Below, piece after piece: positions 9,091 through 19,283 of a stretch of 64,000 nt of DNA. The notes under the pieces are model-generated. The model saw only the letters and a program-made list of their open reading frames with translations. It did no database searches and was not told the DNA's origin. The DNA is from an uncultured Eubacteriales bacterium. GTDB taxonomy: Bacteria; Bacillota; Clostridia; Oscillospirales; Acutalibacteraceae. The position numbers and the translations under genes are program-made. The number at the start of each line of letters is the position of its first letter. Position 1 is the stretch's first letter. The stretch lies in NCBI GenBank assembly GCA_948823415.1, contig CAQKRU010000003.1, positions 7,798 to 71,797 on the forward strand. The letters are read 5' to 3'.

Positions 9091-10314
9091 CTACGCGGCG
9101 GCGTTCACCAGCTTGTTGAACATCAGCGGGTTGAACTGATTTAGCGCGTTGTAGTTTATGGTAAAGCTCAGCGAATCGAGCTTTTGCTTGATTTTTTCTT
9201 CAAACTCTGTGCGTTTCATCTCGGACAAGATGTTATCGCGTTTGCTGTTTTTGCCGGATTCATCGGATTCTTGCTCTTGCTCCGAGTCATTTTCGGCGTT
9301 CTGATCGGAGTTTTCCTGATTTGCATCCTGAGATTCTGGCTTTTGCTCGGCGGCCTCATCCTTGCTAAAGTCAAGATCCTCCGTAGGAGCGCCGGCGTTA
9401 TAGATTAAGAAGTAGATGTTGTTCAAAGTCACCATGGCGGCCTTGCCCTTTTCGAGGGCCTTGACCTTCTCTGCGATTTCTGAAGCCAAGGTTGGTGAGT
9501 TCGGATTAATAATCTGCTCAACCAACGGGTCGCTAGGGGCGCCAGCCTGGGCAGGTGTAGACTTTTTGAGTTCCTCACGAACCTGATCAAGCGTCTTGCT
9601 GCCGTTGTTTATAGCGTCAACATAGCCGTTCAGCTCGCTCTGGATGGTTTCGTCCGTTTCGGCCGGTTGATTCTGGTTATTTTCGCCCTCTGGCTTATTT
9701 CCCGAATCAGAATTATTCGCATCGCCGCTCTCGCTCGAAGGAGTCGGCATTTTTGAGTAGAACAACAGCTTCATGTAGCTCTCTTTATAATATCTGTTGA
9801 TAGCCTCGTCGGAAACCGGGTTGGAGCCGTCCTTGCCGTAAATCGCCATAAAAATCTTGCTCCTCTTCACCTGAGCCGAAACCACGCGCTGCACGTCGGC
9901 CCTGCTAATGCCGGAGTTTGCAAACATCGTGCCCGATGACGACATGACGGAGTCGACAAGCTCTTGAATTTGCTTTTCATCAGATTCAGCCAGGCTCAAG
10001 CCCATCTCCGAGAACATCGCTTCGCCAACAAGAGCGTCCTTGCACATACTCAGCGACTTTTCGACGATCCAATTGGGCGCGCTCTGGCCCTCGATGGTTG
10101 CGTTGGTGATGTCGTCGGTAGTGGAGCCGTCTTGAGACAACTTCTGAATAGCCTCCTGATGGGCCTGCATCAAGAAAAAGACGTAAACCCCAGTAGGAAG
10201 GGATTCGTCGCCGCATTTGATAGCCCAAGACCTGTCGAAACAACCGCAGCCGCAAAAATTCAGACAAAGTGCGAGCGCCAAGAACATGGTGATGCCTTTT
10301 TTGAAAAATTTCAT
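9091..10314 (-). CDS. Putative lipoprotein with an acidic low-complexity C-terminal half (function unknown; sits in the slot where PrsA/SurA-like chaperones occur near mfd)
   Basis: Signal peptide MKFFKKGITMFLALALCLNFCGCGC, and long D/E/N/Q/S-rich tracts. No catalytic motif recognised. Confidence 0.6.
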   Translation of the reverse strand: MKFFKKGITMFLALALCLNFCGCGCFDRSWAIKCGDESLPTGVYVFFLMQAHQEAIQKLSQDGSTTDDITNATIEGQSAPNWIVEKSLSMCKDALVGEAMFSEMGLSLAESDEKQIQELVDSVMSSSGTMFANSGISRADVQRVVSAQVKRSKIFMAIYGKDGSNPVSDEAINRYYKESYMKLLFYSKMPTPSSESGDANNSDSGNKPEGENNQNQPAETDETIQSELNGYVDAINNGSKTLDQVREELKKSTPAQAGAPSDPLVEQIINPNSPTLASEIAEKVKALEKGKAAMVTLNNIYFLIYNAGAPTEDLDFSKDEAAEQKPESQDANQENSDQNAENDSEQEQESDESGKNSKRDNILSEMKRTEFEEKIKQKLDSLSFTINYNALNQFNPLMFNKLVNAAA

Positions 10315-10442
10315 TTTTACTTTACCCTCCGTTTTTTTGCTGCGCGAACATGGCCAAACGCCGCGCCAAAAGCCAGAAGTCCGCGCAAAAATATTATTTT
10401 AATCAGATTATACACTTTTTTACAAAAAATGTCCACAAAAAT

Positions 10443-13400
10443 TTAAGATATCGATAGAATTTCTTTCAGATTCGCGATGACAGTGAGCTTGGGGTCCGCC
10501 GTGACGCAGACGTGCGGCTTGGCAGTGGACTTTATGGTGATTCGCTTGCCCATGGTTTTTATGAATTTTTCGAGAAGTTTTTCGTCCAAATTGTTAGAAA
10601 AAAACAGGAAAGTGTTGTTCTGCTGGCGGATTTCGTAAATCCCGAGGTCCGAAGCGGTGTTGCGAATGAGCGCGATGTCAATCAGATTGCTCACACTCTC
10701 GGGCGGGTCGCCAAATCGGTCAATCAGCTCGTCAAAAACGTCCGTAGCATCGTCCTTAGAGCGAATATCCGAAATGCGGCGATAGATATCAAGCCGCTGG
10801 TTCACGTTCGAGATGTACCGTTCCGGAATATGAGCGCTAACCTGGACGTCCACAAGGCACTCGACCTCTAATTTTGCCGGCACGTCGCCCTTTTCAACGC
10901 GAACAGCATTCTCCAACAGCTTCAGATACATGTCGTAGCCCACGTCAGCCATGTGTCCGTGCTGCTCGCCACCAAGAATATTCCCGGCGCCACGCAGTTC
11001 GAGATCCCTCATCGCAATTTTGAATCCCGAACCAAACTCGGTAAACTCGCGAATTGCCGCAAGCCGCTTTTGCGAGATCTCGCTTAAAACCTTGTTGCGC
11101 TTATAAGTAAAGTAGGCAAAAGCGCGACGTTCTGAGCGTCCCACGCGGCCACGAATTTGATGAAGCTGCGCCAGACCAAGCCTATCGGCGTTTTCGATGA
11201 TCAAAGTGTTCACATTTGCAACGTCGACACCGGTTTCGATTATCGTCGTGCAGACTAGAATGTCGATTTTATGCTCGATCACGCCCTGCCACACGCGGGA
11301 AAGCTCCTGCTCGGACATCTTGCCGTGAGCAAAGCCGACCGTCGCCTCGGGAATCTGGCGTTGCAGAGCGGCCGCGGCTTGAGAGATGCTGCCGACGCTG
11401 TTGTGCATGTAGTAGACCTGGCCGCCCCGCCGCAGCTCCTTGCGAATCGCCTCGTTGATGATCGTTTGATTGTGCTCCAGAACGTAGGTCTGCACGGGAA
11501 CCCGATTCTGCGGGGCTTCCTCGATCGAGGACATGTCGCGGATCCCAGACATAGCCATATTTAGGGTGCGGGGAATGGGCGTTGCCGACAGCGTGAGGAT
11601 GTCGACGTTTTTAGCGATTTCCTTAAAGCGTTCTTTTTGCTTAACGCCGAACCGCTGCTCTTCGTCGATGATTACGAGGCCTAGATCGCGGAAGATCACG
11701 TCCTTTTGGACCATCCGATGCGTTCCGACGATGATGTCAATTTCGCCGCGCTTTAGGCGTTTTAAGATGGCCTCTTGTTGCCGTAGCGTCCGGAACCGCG
11801 AGAGCATCTCGATTTTCACTGGAAACGAGCGAAATCGCGAAAGGATTGTCTCAAAATGCTGCCAGGCCAAAATGGTCGTGGGCACCAGAATAGCGCACTG
11901 TTTGGAGTCGCAAACGCACTTGAACGCCGCCCGTAAGGCAACCTCTGTTTTGCCAAAGCCGACATCCCCGCACAAAAGCCGGTCCATGGGCACGATCCGT
12001 TGCATGTCCGCCTTTATTTCGTCGATGCAGCGCATTTGATCGGGCGTTTCGACGTACTCAAACTGAGCCTCAAAATCGCGCTGAAGCTCGCCATCTTCGG
12101 CAAAGGCGTACCCCTTTGCTCGCATGCGATCGGAGTACAGCTTGATGAGCTCTTTTGCGATGTCCTGAGTGGCCTTTTTCACGCGCGTCTTCGACTTTTG
12201 CCAGTCGATTGTGCCCAGTTTATTGAGCTTTACGCGAGTTTCTGCAGACGGACCGATGTATTTGTCGACCAAATCAAGCTGCGTAACAGGAACATAGAGC
12301 GTGTCGCCCTTCGCGTAGGAAATCTTGATGTAATCCTTCGCCACACCTTGCACCTCGAGCTTATGGACGCCGTTAAAAATGCCGATTCCGTGCAGGCTAT
12401 GAACGACATAATCGCCGACGTGGAGGTCAGAAAGGCTATAAATGCTAGTGGATTTATTTTTCTTTTTAGGAAAAATCTTCTGAGATTTGCCAGCATGACT
12501 ATAGGTAATGAGTGAAAAGTTAATTTCTGGATATTCAAACCCAGCCGAGAGCGTTCCAGGAGTGACAATTTTAACTCCGTTTGGTATATTTTTGGCATTT
12601 AATACAAATTGTATATTTTTATAAAGTGGTGTGAGGTCGAACACAATGCGGTTAGCAGCAGTTTCATCGCCAGCAAGAATCACAACAGATTGATCAACGC
12701 TCATAGAAGACAGATCTTCGCTCAAAAGATTAACACTTCCGCTCCAAGGCGCAATCTGACGGGCGTTAAAGGCAATATTTTTATCAATTGTCGAAAAACA
12801 ACTTTGAGTTAAAAACAAATCAAAATATACAGTTTGTTTATCATAAATAAAGGACAAAAAGTCAGATTTATCGAGCGAGAAGGATGTCAGACCATTGCAA
12901 AGCACGCCATCTTCTAGGTATAAGCGCAAACCTTCCTCCCATTGAGCCTGATGTGATCGCAGTTTTTCATCTATCTGAGCTTGCTCACATATGAATATCA
13001 TCGCATTTGACGGCAAATAATCCAGCAAAGTCCCAGGAGAGTCGTATATAAGCGAGATAAATTTATCGCGAGACCCGATATTACCTGTGTTCTGCAAGCA
13101 TTCTATTTCTGCACTTAAAGTATTAATCGCCTTTTCAACAGATTTACTTGATTCCAGACGTTTTTGAAGTTTGCTCATTTTTGCCAAAAGTTTAGAAGTG
13201 TCGCTAATGACGACCTCATGGGCCGGAGTGATGTTTATAACGTCAACTTTTTCGGTCCGGCGCTGGTCCGCAATATCAAAAAAGCTCATAGAGTCGATTG
13301 CGTCGCCCCAGAACTCAATTCGGACAGGCCTATTACTATTTGTTGAAAAGATATCTAAAATTCCTCCGCGTAGAGAAAATTGCCCCGGGCCTTCAACCTG

Positions 13401-13892
13401 ATCAGAGCGCGTGTAGCCGCAGTTTGTGAGATTTTTAACGGCATTTTCGGGAGAAATTTTTGTGTCCAATCCGATGCTGAAAGTGGAGGTGCTGAGGGTG
13501 CTTTCGGGGACTGTGAATTGCAGCGCGGCGTCGATCGTGGCAACAACGATGTCCAACTGACCGCTTAAAATCTGGCTCAGAACACTAATCCGCCGGTGCT
13601 CATATTCGGTAGATTGGCCTTCAATATTGTAAAAATTGAAGTCGCGAGCCGGAAAAACGGCGGCCCTGCTGCCCATAGAGGTTAAATCGGTGGCCATTTT
13701 TTGCGCAATACCCTCATTTGGAACGATCATAAGAGCAGGTAAATTCTTGACTTTGCAGATAGAATGGGCAAAGTGAGCCTTGTGAATGTCGGCCAACCCT
13801 GTAATACCAGCTGTATTTTTATCGTTGAAAATTACTTTTAGTATAGATTTAAACGTTGGCGATTTTAGCAATATTTTGTCTAAAAATTCCAT
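10443..13892 (-). CDS. mfd: Transcription-repair coupling factor Mfd
   Basis: 1149 aa. Superfamily 2 helicase motifs are present (GDVGFGKTEVA, DEEQRFGV, the TRG motif region) and pth lies immediately upstream. Confidence 0.95.
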   Translation of the reverse strand: MEFLDKILLKSPTFKSILKVIFNDKNTAGITGLADIHKAHFAHSICKVKNLPALMIVPNEGIAQKMATDLTSMGSRAAVFPARDFNFYNIEGQSTEYEHRRISVLSQILSGQLDIVVATIDAALQFTVPESTLSTSTFSIGLDTKISPENAVKNLTNCGYTRSDQVEGPGQFSLRGGILDIFSTNSNRPVRIEFWGDAIDSMSFFDIADQRRTEKVDVINITPAHEVVISDTSKLLAKMSKLQKRLESSKSVEKAINTLSAEIECLQNTGNIGSRDKFISLIYDSPGTLLDYLPSNAMIFICEQAQIDEKLRSHQAQWEEGLRLYLEDGVLCNGLTSFSLDKSDFLSFIYDKQTVYFDLFLTQSCFSTIDKNIAFNARQIAPWSGSVNLLSEDLSSMSVDQSVVILAGDETAANRIVFDLTPLYKNIQFVLNAKNIPNGVKIVTPGTLSAGFEYPEINFSLITYSHAGKSQKIFPKKKNKSTSIYSLSDLHVGDYVVHSLHGIGIFNGVHKLEVQGVAKDYIKISYAKGDTLYVPVTQLDLVDKYIGPSAETRVKLNKLGTIDWQKSKTRVKKATQDIAKELIKLYSDRMRAKGYAFAEDGELQRDFEAQFEYVETPDQMRCIDEIKADMQRIVPMDRLLCGDVGFGKTEVALRAAFKCVCDSKQCAILVPTTILAWQHFETILSRFRSFPVKIEMLSRFRTLRQQEAILKRLKRGEIDIIVGTHRMVQKDVIFRDLGLVIIDEEQRFGVKQKERFKEIAKNVDILTLSATPIPRTLNMAMSGIRDMSSIEEAPQNRVPVQTYVLEHNQTIINEAIRKELRRGGQVYYMHNSVGSISQAAAALQRQIPEATVGFAHGKMSEQELSRVWQGVIEHKIDILVCTTIIETGVDVANVNTLIIENADRLGLAQLHQIRGRVGRSERRAFAYFTYKRNKVLSEISQKRLAAIREFTEFGSGFKIAMRDLELRGAGNILGGEQHGHMADVGYDMYLKLLENAVRVEKGDVPAKLEVECLVDVQVSAHIPERYISNVNQRLDIYRRISDIRSKDDATDVFDELIDRFGDPPESVSNLIDIALIRNTASDLGIYEIRQQNNTFLFFSNNLDEKLLEKFIKTMGKRITIKSTAKPHVCVTADPKLTVIANLKEILSIS

Positions 13893-13902
13893 TTTGACCC
13901 TC

Positions 13903-14493
13903 TTAAGAATTAAACTTGTTCATCGCGCCCTCGATGTCACCGCCGATCATCAGCTTGAGCGCGAGACTAACATTTTTTATTGCGACATCAATTTTTTCGC
14001 GTTCCGCGGCACTAAATTCGGACAAAACCCACTTGGCAAGATCCCACTTTGGCGGTTTGGCGCCAATACCGATCTTTATCCGAGGAAAAGTATCGCACCC
14101 CGTCTTAATAATGATGTCCTTGAGACCGTTGTGGCCGCCAGCGCTGCCCTTTTTGCGAATTCGCAGCTTCCCCAGAGGCAACGAGATGTCGTCCGCGATG
14201 ACAATGACGTTTTCAATAGGGATTTTGTGGTAACTAGCGATCTCTTCGACTGCGTCGCCACTTAAATTCATAAAAGTTTGAGGTTTTACCAGCAGAACGC
14301 GATTATCTGCAAACGAAGTTTCAAAAATCTCAGCATGGTGCTTAACTTTTTTGGAAGCAGCGCCCTTTTCCTTTATAATATGGTCGACAGCCATAAAACC
14401 CACGTTATGACGGGTGTTTTTGTACTGGTTGCCAGGGTTGCCCAGCCCCACGACGAGGAATTCTGGCTTTGACTTGTTAAAAATTTTAAACAT
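13903..14493 (-). CDS. pth: Peptidyl-tRNA hydrolase
   Basis: N-terminal LVVGLGNPGNQYKNTRHNVGF and the GHNGLKD motif. Confidence 0.95.
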   Translation of the reverse strand: MFKIFNKSKPEFLVVGLGNPGNQYKNTRHNVGFMAVDHIIKEKGAASKKVKHHAEIFETSFADNRVLLVKPQTFMNLSGDAVEEIASYHKIPIENVIVIADDISLPLGKLRIRKKGSAGGHNGLKDIIIKTGCDTFPRIKIGIGAKPPKWDLAKWVLSEFSAAEREKIDVAIKNVSLALKLMIGGDIEGAMNKFNS

Positions 14494-14589
14494 ACTGGGG
14501 CACCTCTTTTTTGTTTTACTAAAAAATGGCTAAACAGCGGGGAAAATTGCCCTACTATTAAATATACAAATAGTATAAATTGTGGCGAG

Positions 14590-15621
14590 TTATACAAATT
14601 CGTTGTTGCGAATGACCGAAAAAGGTTTAATCGAAACGTCCGAAATAATGCGAGAATCAGAGCAGTCAACCGCCCGAAGGCTAATATTGTTGCCGATCAA
14701 GCAGTTTTCTATGTGAGAATTTGGCCCAATCACGCAGTTTGTGCCGATAATGGTTTTTTCGGTGATGACCGTACCAGGAAGAATGCAGGTATTATGCCCT
14801 ATCTGAACCTCGTCGGTCACGACAACCCCGTCAGTGCAAGGAATATCGACACCGTTAAGCATCAAGCGCTTGAGGATGCCCGCCCTAGCGATGTTGTTAA
14901 GCTCGTTTAGCTGAATCGGGTCGTTGGCGCCGAGCACGGTATTTTCGGATTGAGAAATATAGGCGTTAACGCGGAACCCGCGGGACAAAAGCAGGCAGAT
15001 GGTGTCGGGAAGGTAGAATTCTTGCTGAGAGTTGTTGCTTTTTATGTTGTGCAAGGCGTCCAAAAGCGGCGGAACCTTGAACCAGTAGCCGCCGGAGCTC
15101 ACCTCATTTATCTTCTGCGTCGTCTCGTCGGCGTCCTTCTGCTCCACGATGGCTGTGAGCGTCCCTGTGTGGCTGTCGCGGATGATTCTCCCGTATCCAT
15201 GCGGATTTTTAATTTTAGCAGAAATTACCGTAGCGTCGTTACCCTGATTCTGATGCAGTTCGTAGGCGTTTTTAATAGTGCGGCTGTCCATAAAAGGCCC
15301 GTCGCCGTTCAAAATTAGAACGTCCCTATCAATATTCTCCAAAAGAAAATTTTTAGCCGTCAAAACGGCGTGAGCAGTGCCCTTGCGCTCTTTTTGAATC
15401 ACGGTCTCATAGGGAAGAGCGAGTTTCTGCAGGTAATCAATAATCACGTCACTCTTGTAGCCCGCGACTACGCATACTGGTGAGATTTCTGCATCACTTA
15501 AGGCGTTTAAAACCCATTGTAGCAAGGGCCGAAATAGCACTTTTGACAAAACCTTCGGCATATTCGACTTCATGCGGGTTCCTTCGCCCGCAGCCAAAAC
15601 GATCGCACAGGTATTTTTCAC
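14590..15621 (-). CDS. GlmU-like sugar-1-phosphate nucleotidyltransferase with a shortened left-handed beta-helix tail
   Basis: N-terminal LAAGEGTRMKS..PKVL uridyltransferase signature. Only 343 aa; canonical bifunctional GlmU is roughly 450 aa from memory. Hexapeptide repeats run only to the C-terminus at about residue 343. Confidence 0.7.
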   Translation of the reverse strand: MKNTCAIVLAAGEGTRMKSNMPKVLSKVLFRPLLQWVLNALSDAEISPVCVVAGYKSDVIIDYLQKLALPYETVIQKERKGTAHAVLTAKNFLLENIDRDVLILNGDGPFMDSRTIKNAYELHQNQGNDATVISAKIKNPHGYGRIIRDSHTGTLTAIVEQKDADETTQKINEVSSGGYWFKVPPLLDALHNIKSNNSQQEFYLPDTICLLLSRGFRVNAYISQSENTVLGANDPIQLNELNNIARAGILKRLMLNGVDIPCTDGVVVTDEVQIGHNTCILPGTVITEKTIIGTNCVIGPNSHIENCLIGNNISLRAVDCSDSRIISDVSIKPFSVIRNNEFV

Positions 15622-15785
15622 AAAAAATCCTCCAAAATTAAAAATTCAAAAACAAAAGACATAAAAACCGCGCCATGGACGACCTGAGAGCAATTTTGAA
15701 TCTTAACAAATGTAAAACCGAAAAGTGCCATGAGGTCGACCAAACCGGAAAAGTTGAAAAAACCAAAATTAATATGCGTTTTGTG

Positions 15786-16316
15786 CTATTTGACGATACC
15801 GGTTTTGATTAGATCCAGCGCGGCGACTAATGCATTATATGCGGCAGAGAGCCGAATATAATCGCGGTCTGCGGAGTTTCCATGCGCCAAATTCAAGCGA
15901 ACATAGGTGGTTTTAGTCATGTTAGAGAGCCCAACATAAACGAGACCCACGGTATCACTGGAGTTAGGGCTCTTTGGACCAGCGTAACCTGTGGTAGAAA
16001 GGCCGACATCGGCATTTGCAAGCTTTCGCACGTTTGCGGCCATTTCCATCGCGGTCTCCTTAGAAACAGCGGTGTGCTGCGCCAGAGTCCTTGCGGAGAC
16101 GGACAGCAATTTTTCTTTTATAGAATTTGAATAGGCGCAAATTCCGCACTCGAAAACCTCCGAAGCGCCGGGAATATCGGTAATCAGCTTAGCAATCAAA
16201 CCTCCCGTGCAGCTCTCTGCAGTGGCGATCTTCAAGTTCTTTTCGAGCAGCAAGTCGATCAGCTCGCGCGCGAGCAGGTTAATATTTAGGGAATTCGCGG
16301 GTTTTCCTGAATCCAT
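15786..16316 (-). CDS. pncC: CinA C-terminal domain protein / nicotinamide-nucleotide amidase PncC
   Basis: The motif IATAESCTGGLIA...GAS.VF.G..AYSN is typical of the CinA_C family. 176 aa. Confidence 0.85.
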   Translation of the reverse strand: MDSGKPANSLNINLLARELIDLLLEKNLKIATAESCTGGLIAKLITDIPGASEVFECGICAYSNSIKEKLLSVSARTLAQHTAVSKETAMEMAANVRKLANADVGLSTTGYAGPKSPNSSDTVGLVYVGLSNMTKTTYVRLNLAHGNSADRDYIRLSAAYNALVAALDLIKTGIVK

Positions 16317-16463
16317 CTTATTCGGGCCTCCAAAACAAATCTAAATCTATTTTAAAGTTGCCGCGCCGTTATGTCAAATTTTTTGGGCGATTTTTTCAAA
16401 AATCGTTGACTTTTTGGGCGAAATTGGGGTATCATAAAAAGTGGAAAAGAGGTTGACAAATTT

Positions 16464-17012
16464 ATGATTTCGAGCGAGAATACGTGGATTGTCGCGGCGT
16501 GGAACGTGGGGTTTATCCTGGCGTGGGACTTGATCGTGTTTTGCTGCTGCAAGGTTTTGAGCGACGACCATTTTGATTACAATAAGTATATTTATCGAGA
16601 AAAATACTGGGAGGATAATGGCCGGTGGTACAACAAATGTCTAAAAATCAAGGCTTGGAAGAATTTGTTGCCGCAGTACATCTCGAAGAACGGATTTTCC
16701 AAAAAACGCCTGAGCAGCCTGTCGCTGAGCTACATAGACCGGTTTATTTTGGAAACGTGCCGCGCGGAGTGGGCGCATAAAAACTGCATGTGGGTGGCGG
16801 TTTTGATAGTTTTGATCAACAAGATCCTCATGGGAATAATGTTTTGCGCAGTTGTGCTGCTAATAAACCTGCCGTACGTGTGCATTCAGCGGTATAACCG
16901 CATCCGGCTGATAAATCTGCGTGAGAAGATCTTGAAATCGCGCCGGAATGAGTTTGAAAACAAAAATATGATGAATTTTGTGAAGAAGTTTGAGCTGGCG
17001 AACTTTCGGTGA
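16464..17012 (+). CDS. Integral membrane protein, CrtO-like (glycosyl-4,4'-diaponeurosporenoate acyltransferase family) by motif resemblance
   Basis: The motifs ILETCRAEWAHK and CIQRYNRIRLINL resemble S. aureus CrtO IIETKRAELIHW and IVQRYNRPRL. Two or three TM segments. Confidence 0.6.
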   Translation: MISSENTWIVAAWNVGFILAWDLIVFCCCKVLSDDHFDYNKYIYREKYWEDNGRWYNKCLKIKAWKNLLPQYISKNGFSKKRLSSLSLSYIDRFILETCRAEWAHKNCMWVAVLIVLINKILMGIMFCAVVLLINLPYVCIQRYNRIRLINLREKILKSRRNEFENKNMMNFVKKFELANFR

Positions 17013-17066
17013 TTCAGAGGCCGAGGCTCGCCTGATTTTTGCGATTTATGCGATTGGAATGATGAT

Positions 17067-17792
17067 ATGCCGCGTTTTTTTGTAAACGAGCCGGTTGAGG
17101 ATTTTTTTGAAATTTCGGGCGATGACGCAGCGCATATTGCGAAGTCGCTGCGGATGCAAAAAGGCGAAACGCTGACTTTGTGCCACGATGCGACGGATTA
17201 TATTTGTGAGATCACCGACTTTGGCGAGGGTTCGGTAAAGTTGAGGCTCTTAAAGGTAGAAAAGTGCGACTCAGAGCCAAACGTAAAGGTCACACTCTTT
17301 CAGGCGCTACCCAAAGGGGACAAGATGGACTTCATCGTTCAGAAGGCCGTAGAAGTCGGAGTGAGCGCGATCGTTCCGGTGCTCACAAGCCGATGTGTTT
17401 CGCGTCCGGATGAGAAATCGCTGCAGAAGAAGGTGTCTCGCTGGCAGAAAATCGCCGAAGAAGCTGCAAAGCAGTCCGGAAGAGGCAGAATACCGCGCGT
17501 TTTAGAAGCAGTAAGCTTAGAAAATGCCGTAGAAACAGCAAAAAGAAGTGAAAAAACGCTTCTTTTTTACGAAAATGGTGGATCCCCACTACGAGAGGTC
17601 ATAAACACCAGAAAACCGCAGTCTGTTGCTGTTTTCATCGGGCCAGAGGGTGGATTCGAACCTGCAGAAGTAGACTTGGTGTCGGCCGCTGGGGGCGCGA
17701 CATGCACGCTTGGCAAAAGGATCCTCCGAACCGAGACGGCCGCGATAGTCGCCACCGCGCTGGTGATTTACGAAATCGAAGCTAGAAACTGA
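17067..17792 (+). CDS. rsmE: 16S rRNA (uracil1498-N3)-methyltransferase RsmE
   Basis: Starts MPRFFV, has a PUA-like N-terminus, and carries the SPOUT C-terminal motif FIGPEGGF...LGKRILRTETA. Confidence 0.9.
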   Translation: MPRFFVNEPVEDFFEISGDDAAHIAKSLRMQKGETLTLCHDATDYICEITDFGEGSVKLRLLKVEKCDSEPNVKVTLFQALPKGDKMDFIVQKAVEVGVSAIVPVLTSRCVSRPDEKSLQKKVSRWQKIAEEAAKQSGRGRIPRVLEAVSLENAVETAKRSEKTLLFYENGGSPLREVINTRKPQSVAVFIGPEGGFEPAEVDLVSAAGGATCTLGKRILRTETAAIVATALVIYEIEARN

Positions 17793-17801
17793 GACTTGCG
17801 G

Positions 17802-19178
17802 CTAAATTTTAATTTTTTCGGCGATGTAGTCGACCAGCTTATCGATAGAAACGCGCTCCTGCTGCATGGAGTCGCGGTGGCGCACGGTGACACAGCTGTC
17901 GGCCTCGCTGTCGAAGTCATACGTGACACAAAATGGCGTGCCGATCTCGTCCTGGCGGCGATATCTCTTGCCAATGGAGCCGGCCTCGTCGTAGTCGACC
18001 GTGAAGTGCGCGGAGAGCTGACTGTAGACCTTGCTAGCGCCGTCGCTTAGTTTTTTCGATAATGGGAAAATGGCTGCCTTAAATGGTGCCAAATTCGGGT
18101 GAAGCCTCAACACTACGCGAGTATCACCGTCTTCGGTGGTTTCTTCGTCGTATGCATCGCAGAGGAACGCCAGTGCGACCCTGTCCGCGCCCAGTGAAGG
18201 CTCGATCACGTATGGAATGTAGCGCTGGTTGGAGTCGGGGTCGAAGTACTCGAGGCTCTTGCCGGAGTGCTCTTGATGCTGCGTCAGATCGAAGTCGGTG
18301 CGATCGGCAATGCCCCAAAGCTCGCCCCATCCGAACGGGAACAAGAATTCGATGTCGGTAGTGGCCCGCGAATAGTGCGAAAGCTCCTCTTTAGAGTGAT
18401 CGCGAAGCCGAATGTTATCGGACTTTAAGCCCAAGTTCAAGAGCCAGTTTTTGCAAAAATCGCGCCAGTAGTTGAACCATTCAAGGTCCGAGCCGGGCTT
18501 GCAAAAAAACTCAAGCTCCATCTGCTCGAACTCACGCGTGCGAAAGATAAAATTGCCCGGAGTAATCTCATTGCGAAAGGACTTCCCGATCTGAGCGATG
18601 CCAAAAGGCAGCTTGCGCCGGGATGTGCGCTGAACATTAGCGAAATTCACAAAGATACCCTGCGCTGTTTCGGGCCGCAAGTAGACCTCATTCTTCGCGT
18701 CCTCGGTCACGCCTTGAAAAGTCTTAAACATCAGGTTAAACTTGCGAATATCAGTGAAGTTCGCGGCGCCGCAGACCGGGCAAACAACGTGATGCTCCGT
18801 TATATAGGCGTTCATCTGATCAAAAGGCATGCCGTTGGCGTCACCACCGGCGCTCTCGATGAGTTTGTCCGCCCGATGCCGAGTTTTGCATTCTCTGCAG
18901 TCCATCAAAGGGTCAGAGAAATTGCCCAAATGCCCCGAAGCGACCCAAGTTTGAGGGTTCATCAAAATAGCAGAATCCAGCCCCACATTGAGCTTGCTTT
19001 CGCGAATGAACTTCTGGCGCCAGGCATCCTTAATATTATTCTTAAACTCCACGCCCAACGGGCCGTAGTCCCAGGAGTTCGACAAACCGCCATAAATCTC
19101 GGACCCAGGGAACACAAAGCCTCTGTTTTTGCACAGAGCCACGATTTTTTCCATAGATTTTTCGCTGTTTAATAGCAT
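17802..19178 (-). CDS. glyQS: Glycyl-tRNA synthetase (single-chain class II GlyQS)
   Basis: 458 aa with motifs throughout, such as LRPETAQG and [25 protein letters not shown]. Confidence 0.95.
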   Translation of the reverse strand: MLLNSEKSMEKIVALCKNRGFVFPGSEIYGGLSNSWDYGPLGVEFKNNIKDAWRQKFIRESKLNVGLDSAILMNPQTWVASGHLGNFSDPLMDCRECKTRHRADKLIESAGGDANGMPFDQMNAYITEHHVVCPVCGAANFTDIRKFNLMFKTFQGVTEDAKNEVYLRPETAQGIFVNFANVQRTSRRKLPFGIAQIGKSFRNEITPGNFIFRTREFEQMELEFFCKPGSDLEWFNYWRDFCKNWLLNLGLKSDNIRLRDHSKEELSHYSRATTDIEFLFPFGWGELWGIADRTDFDLTQHQEHSGKSLEYFDPDSNQRYIPYVIEPSLGADRVALAFLCDAYDEETTEDGDTRVVLRLHPNLAPFKAAIFPLSKKLSDGASKVYSQLSAHFTVDYDEAGSIGKRYRRQDEIGTPFCVTYDFDSEADSCVTVRHRDSMQQERVSIDKLVDYIAEKIKI

Positions 19179-19204
19179 GAAAAAGGCCTCCTTTTGCTGA
19201 CAGT

Positions 19205-19234
19205 ATTATAATTCAGCAAGGAGGAACTTGTCAA
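19205..19234 (-). promoter_or_regulatory. Sigma-70-type promoter of glyQS (TTGACA-N18-TATAAT)
   Basis: Read on the minus strand: TTGACAagttcctccttgctgaatTATAAT. GGAGG and the ATG follow about 25 nt downstream. Confidence 0.7.
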
Positions 19235-19283
19235 TTGCCTAGTATATATTGAATAACCGGGGAAAATTATTGTCTTCGTTAAA

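Noticed and set aside
15671-15741. Direct repeat GCCATGGACGACC / GCCATGAGGTCGACC upstream of the glmU-like gene.
   Set aside because: It is short and imperfect, and I could not derive a convincing RNA fold or a match to a known motif. It may be chance or a minor regulatory site.
16352-16571. Two overlapping 65-66-aa minus-strand ORFs between cinA and the CrtO-like gene.
   Set aside because: They overlap the promoter, RBS and 5' end of the plus-strand membrane-protein gene and have no RBS or motifs.
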